Shown here: piece after piece, positions 58,420 to 64,000 of the stretch
Numbering within the stretch: the first letter of the stretch is position 1
Layout of the letters: each line of letters opens with the position of its first letter
NCBI GenBank assembly: GCA_965237955.1
Contig: OZ250169.1
Location: 2,016,001-2,080,000 of the forward strand
Direction of reading: 5' to 3'
Length of the DNA: 64,000 nt
Source: Candidatus Marinacidobacterales bacterium
Lineage (GTDB): Bacteria; Acidobacteriota; Vicinamibacteria; Marinacidobacterales; SMYC01
Position numbers and translations under genes: made by a program
The notes under the pieces: model-generated
Told to the model about the DNA's origin: nothing
Seen by the model: the letters and a program-made list of their open reading frames with translations, nothing else
Databases searched by the model: none

Positions 58420-59256
58420 AGGCGAGCACAATATCGCGACGTGAGCAGATCCGTACGATGCTGGCCGACCTAAAGATGCCTGGCGCGCTCGAAGCTGTCG
58501 ACCGCGTACTATCTGATGCCGATGGCGGTGCGGTCACAACGGCGGAGGCCATCGAGAACCTTCTTGGAGCGCAGATCACGTTGAGAAACAACCGTCGTCT
58601 CCAAGCGGCGATGCGCTCCTCACGACTCCCCGCGGTCAAAACAATCGATGAGTTCGATTTTTCGTTCCAGCCATCGATCAAACGCGAGCAGATTGAGAAC
58701 CTTCACGAGCTCGGGTTCGTTGAACGTAAGGAGAACGTCGTCTTATTGGGACCTCCTGGTGTGGGCAAAACTCATCTCGCGATTAGTCTTGCCATCGCCG
58801 CTGCCCAGAATGGACGGCGCGTCTATTACGGCACCCTGGCTGAGCTCATCACCTCCCTCGAAGAGGCTCGTGACGCGGGCCGCCTCACTCGTCGACTCGC
58901 GGTTCTCAGTTATCCGTCACTGCTTGTTGTCGATGAAATCGGATACCTACCCGTCACCCAGACCGGCGCGGTGCTTTTTTTCCAGCTCATAAGTAGGCGA
59001 TACGAGCGCGCTTCGACCGTGCTCACCTCTAACAAAAGTTTCGAGGAATGGGGCGAGATCCTTGGCGACGAAGTCATGGCCGCCGCTCTCATCGACCGCA
59101 TTTCTGCACCACTGCCACCTCGTCAACATCCGAGGAAACAGTTACCGCATGAGAGAGTACTCCGAACTGTGGCGAGCGCTCCATCCGGCGGGTTCGGACG
59201 AACCTCACCCGCCGGCTAAATCTCATAGGAAATACACGGAGGCGACGGCGTCATAG
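58416..59256 (+). pseudogene. istB: IstB with a +1 frameshift near 59101
   Basis: GPPGVGKT, DEIGY; CGCATTTCTG here versus CGCATTCTG in copy a1. Confidence 0.88.
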
Positions 59257-59328
59257 GGTTCGCCACCCATGGCTCGGGTGTGCAATTTTCATCCGCCATG
59301 AATGCGCAGTTTTCGGCCGGCGTTGACA

Positions 59329-60830
59329 CGCCGAGCCGTTTCGAGCGTCATCGCCCCCTGGCGAACTCCAGATCAGGGGCGTGTCGGAGGCGATGTCGGC
59401 GATTCGGGTTCTCCGCACGCGCAGGAAAAACACTGTCCAGCAACGGGATGCCACGCTGCCGGGCGGAGACCTGGATCCAGGCACGGGCCGCACCTGGACC
59501 AGAACGTGCTAGCCCGCTATGCCTCGGTAGCCCCGGCCTCGATTCTGGGCCTCTCGGGTGGCCTCTTTTCCGCTGCCGCACGGCCCGGTCAGCGCCCGTT
59601 CTTCTATTTGGCGCAAACGTGGCACTCGAAAATCGAGATTAGAGACGAAAGCCGAAAATGAGGCCCGTTCCGCCCTTCTAGCGCGTCTCTGGTGCCACCT
59701 ACCCCTGCAAAACCCCGCCAACCGCGCGGAAAATCTCATCCGTCTCTGCAGTGCCACAATTGGCCAGACTGGGTGGCGGATGGTGCAGTCTCGAGCCATC
59801 CGGTCTCGGCAAAAGGTATTTTGGCAATTTTGGGAGTCAGGATCGAACTTTTGGCCGTGCGCGTGGTTGGGGCAATGTAGCGAAAACTCAGAGAAGCCCT
59901 GATGCCCACAGCGTTCTATCCTGTTTTTTTACAGTGACTTAAAGGAAGCCACCACGTGCTGGTCCCCGCACATCTCATCGACGGGTGCTCGTTCCGAGCC
60001 GGAATCGAATTTGCTTCAATCAAATTTCTTATACGGCAATCTCAACCTCCTGGATGCTTGAAAGAGGGCCGTGTCGTAAACCCTCCGGAGGCGGATCCGA
60101 CCGTTACTCATTGTAGCAAAAGGCTTTACGTCTCATCAGCGAATGTTCGTCGACGGGAACATCTTTCCGGCTATCGCAGTCGGGAGGCTCGAGTGGAGCT
60201 TCCGATTCTTGGCTGGAAACGATCAGAAACAGAGCTAAACAGGCCATTAACGTGCAATTTGGTGTGATTTTGGGGCTTATCGGGACGTTTTTGCGCTTAA
60301 TCGTGCAGACAATGAGAAGACGCTTAACGCCTAGATCGCGCCTGAGGAGAAGGCGAATGGCGGAATTCGAATTGGCCAAACCTCGAATTCATCCAGCGGA
60401 GTTTTATGGAGGAAACGAAGATGACTCCGCAGACGGTCCAGTACAAGGAGCTATCCGAGTCTGGAAACCATGACAGGGAATTTGGGCCAGTTTGAGGCTG
60501 ATTGGTGGAGGCCAGTGTCGGAGAGCAGCTTGCTGCTAACCGAGCCCATTCACGGAGTGGGCGCTGGCAGGCTCACAGCGTTTTGACGAGCACTCGCTGT
60601 TTCTCCCAATCGTCGGGAAGCGGATGATGCAAGAGGTAGCTCGAGGTCAGCCCAACGGCCTGGCGGCCTTCGACAATGGCGCGGACGATGTCGGGAGCCA
60701 GGAAGGCATAACGGATTGCCTTGCGCACGCGGTCCGTTGGGATGGCGTTTTCGGTGGCAATCTGCTCATAGGTTTTGCCTGCTTTGATTCGGTCGAGCCA
60801 GGAGAGGGCGTTGGCGATATTGCGCAGGAG
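59329..60830 (+). repeat. Repeat D copy 5 plus second serine recombinase C-terminal fragment (60573-60830, minus)
   Basis: Colinear with 26022-27572. Confidence 0.9.
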
Positions 60831-60969
60831 TTCCGTCTGGGACCGCGCCGTTGACGCCGCGGCAAGGATGGTCACGAGGAAAACCGCCGAAAGGCGGGGG
60901 GAAAGATCCGTGTGCATGGCGTCTATCTCCCTGGACTTACTTGAGGAACATAAAGGAACGGCTTAGACT

Positions 60970-63900
60970 CTATCGCGGCTGTCTCCAATCGACGCTCAGA
61001 GGCTCCTTCGCTGGGAAGAGCTCCGCGTTGAGCCCGGCCGCCACCCGCTCCCGGAACCGCGCCACCTCCTCCGCGAAGACCCGGTTCGTGCGCTCGAGCG
61101 CTCGCTTCAGGTCCTCTTCGGCCGCCCGCAGGTGTAGCCGCTCGGCCTCGGTCGGCGCCTCGCGTGCGGAGCTGAGCGTGCCGTGGATGTCACCGAAGAG
61201 ATTGCCGAGCTGCGGCAGCACCTCGTCCGACCAGCTCACCTGCCCCTGAACCCCGTGTCCAGTGAACAGTTCCTCCACGCTCGTGAGCGCCTTTTTGAGG
61301 TCGTGGCCGGCCGATGCCAGCGCCTTGGCGGTGCTGTCGGTCGCCCCGCGGTTGGCTTCGACTTGCTCCACCGCGCGGTCGACGGCGCGCTTCGCGTCTC
61401 GTAGACGATCGACCGCTTCGGCGGCGACTTCCTGACGCTGGCCCACGGTCATGATGAAGTCCAGCCTCTCACGCTGCACCGCCATCGGGACCTGGAAGCG
61501 CGGATCCTCCCGGACCTCGACCGCCGCGCTCGCTTCCTGGCCCTCGAACTTCACCCGGACGGTGTAACGGCCGGGCAGCACCTCCGGCCCCCGTACGAGC
61601 GACGGGCTGGCTGCGTCTTCCTCCTGAACACGGGGCTGGCGGAACGCGTCGCGTCGCAGGTTCCACGCGGTCCGGTTGACGCCCGGCTTGGCCGGAGCCT
61701 CGAACGTGCGAATCGTGGCACCAGCCTCGTCAAGGACTTCGAAGGTCACCTTGGCGGTGTCTCTTACCGCGGACTCGGCGGGAATGGAGTAGGTCACGAG
61801 CGCCCCGTAGGGCCGATTCTCCCCAATGAACATCCCGTCCCCCGTGACCTGCATCCCATCCGGCGGCGCCACCTGATAGCGAATGGCCACCGGGACCTCG
61901 AACAAGTGCAGCGACCTGTTTGCGATCGCGGGATCGCGCGCCAGCGCGCGCAGCGGCCCCACATCGTCCAGGATGTACACCGAGCGGCCGTGTGTCGCGA
62001 TCACCAGGTCGTGATCCCTCGGATGCACGACGAGGGCCCGCGTGGGAGCCCGCGGGAGTCCGTGACGCCACAGATGCCACTTCTGGCCTCCGTTCAGCGA
62101 CACGTACATTCCGTGCTCGGTGCCCAGGAACAGCAAATTCGCCTCGACGGGATCCTGCTCGATCACATGAACGAAGTTGAATGGCTCGATGTCCGCGGTG
62201 ACGAGGCTGGTCCAGGTGGTGCCGTAATCCATGGTCTTGAAGACGTACGGCGTGTTGTCGCCCCGACGGTGATCGTCGAAGGTCACGAACGCCGTGCCGC
62301 CGTCGAACTTGGACGCCTCGATGTGCGGCACCCAGCTGTTCGGGCGCACGCCGCGGATCCGCTCCACCACGTTGAGCCAGGTGCGGCCGCCGTCGCGCGT
62401 CAGCTGCACGTTGCCGTCGTCGGTGCCGACCCAGAGCACCCCGCGCTCGACCGGCGACGGCGCGATGGTGAGGATGGTGGTGTGATTCTCCGCCCCGGTG
62501 TCATCGAGCGTGAGCCCGCCGGACTCGTCCTGCATCTGCTTCTCAGGGTCGTTGGTGGTGAGGTCTGGGCTGATGAGGGTCCACGTCCTTCCCATGTCCG
62601 TGCTGCGATGGACGAACTGGCTCCCGATGTAGAGCGCTTGGTCGTGGGGGTCGATCGCCATCCCCGCGTTCCAGCTGAACCGGAGCTCGATCGCCTCGGG
62701 ATGGGCCGGCACGATGGACTTGCGCTCGCCGGTTTGAAGATCGGACTGGAGGATGCGGCCGCCTTGCCTCGTGGCGTAGACGTAGCGCGGGTCGTTGGGC
62801 TCGGCGAGCACGGCGAAGCCATCACCGAATCCGATGTTCTTCCAGTCGTAGAAGCGGATGCCGCCGTTGTGCCACACGGAGCTCGGCCCGTGCCACATGT
62901 GGTTGTCCTGGAGCCCACCCATGATGTTGAACGGCGTCGCCAGGTCCACGTTGACGTGGTAGAACTGGCCGAGCGGCAGGTTCTCGATGAAGCGCCACGA
63001 GGCGCCGCGATCGCGCGAGAGGTAGACCCCGCCGTCGTTGCCGTCGATCAGGAACTTGCCGTCGGGGCTCACCCAGAACGCGTGGTGATCCCCGTGCACC
63101 CGCCCCAAGCGGAGGAGCGGCCGAAAGAGCTTGCCGCCGTCCTCTGAGCGATCAATCGTCCCGTGCAAGTTATACACGCGGTCCTCGTTGGTGGGGTCGA
63201 CCCGCACCTGCGCGTAGTAGAACGGCCGCCCGGCGATCCTTTCAGCGACATCGCTTCCGTGAACGTGGAAGGCCGTGAACGAGTCGTTCACGACCTTCCA
63301 CGTGTCGCCACGGTCGTGGGAGCGCAGCATTACGCTGCGCTTGGCCTCGACCACGGCATAAACCACCTGGGGTCCCCCGCGCGAAGTCGAGCCCCATGCG
63401 GCCGAGCTCGCCCTCGGGGAGGCCTTCGTTGGGACTCAGCCGCTTCCAGCTCTCGCCGCCGTCGTACGTGACGTGGAGCCCGCTCCCCGCTCCACCCGAG
63501 CGGAAAAACCACGGCCAGCGCCGGTGATCCCACATGGCGGCGATGAGGTGATTGGGGCTCGCGGGATCCATGACGAGGTCGCCGGCACCGGTGGTCTCGT
63601 TCACGTAGAGCACCTTGTCCCAGCTCTTGCCGCCGTCGGTGGTCTTGTACACGCCCCGGTGCGGGCTCTCCTTCCAGGTGTTGCCGAGGGCGCCGACGTA
63701 GGCAAGCTCCGGATTGCTCGGGTGCAACACGATCGCGTCGATCGCGCCGCTCGACTCGAGCCCTACGTGTTGCCAGCTCTTGCCGCCGTCCAGCGACTTG
63801 TACACCCCGGTGCCGACCCCGGCCGAGTTGCGGCGGTTGCGCTCGCCGGTGCCGATCCAGACGAGCTCGGGCGCCGCCTGGTAGATGGCGATCGCCCCCA

Positions 63901-64000
63901 CCGAGGACGCGGGCAGGCTGTCGGTGAGCGGCGTCCAGGTCACGCCGCCGGAGGTGGACTTCCATAGACCGCCGGTGGCCGCGCCCACGTAGATGATGTT
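60970..64000 (-). CDS. BNR/Asp-box (VPS10/sortilin-like) glycosyl hydrolase; 5' end outside the window, frameshift near 63370
   Basis: Many S/TxDxGxTW boxes; RPFYY, HGDHH, GNDGG, GGLQDN, RFSWNA, ISPDLT, VGTDDG, IATHGR. Confidence 0.9.

Larger units (their letters stand above)
57141..59328 (+). mobile_element. IS21-family element (copy a2), degenerate
   Basis: Near-identical to 8876-12368 without ISL3; 5-bp duplication CGCCG (57136-57140 / 59329-59333). Confidence 0.95.

Overview
GC-rich bacterial accessory region that is a dense mosaic of unrelated genes and gene fragments separated by blocks of stacked transposon ends. By eye I count about 44 terminal repeats from several related subfamilies of an rve/integrase-core (IS481-like DDE) element: 17 of type A (...AGGGCCGAGTTTTGGCACAGGACG), 14 of type B (CGTCGTGTCC[A/G]AAAA...), 6 of type C (...GGATGAATAAATAGAAGGCACA) and 7 of types F/G. 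Only one near-complete cognate transposase is present (48524-49615). The ends are polarised, many genes are cut exactly at an end tip, and none of the A/B tips I compared shares a target duplication with another. A 900-nt group II intron (25086-25985, minus strand) with an internally deleted RT ORF sits 2 nt from the tip of one such end, and its putative EBS1/EBS2 match the terminal repeat. Two more intron 3' remnants are also followed by the tip dinucleotide CG. Other mobile DNA: IS3, IS21 (x3), ISL3, IS5/IS903, IS200, IS1 and IS256 pieces, two MITE families, and a five-copy non-coding repeat tied to a large serine recombinase C-terminus. Cargo: radical SAM/SPASM protein, GT4 and GT-C glycosyltransferases, DUF3516 DEAD/DEAH helicase, TM0106-like nuclease plus SIR2 fragment, Calx-beta autotransporter, PD-(D/E)xK nuclease, Xth, FxsA, DUF3179 protein, a type I R-M operon with a nonsense codon in hsdR, and a BNR/VPS10 glycosyl hydrolase. 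I found no rRNA, tRNA or CRISPR. All calls come from reading motifs by eye, with no database searches. Single-base frameshifts may be sequencing errors.
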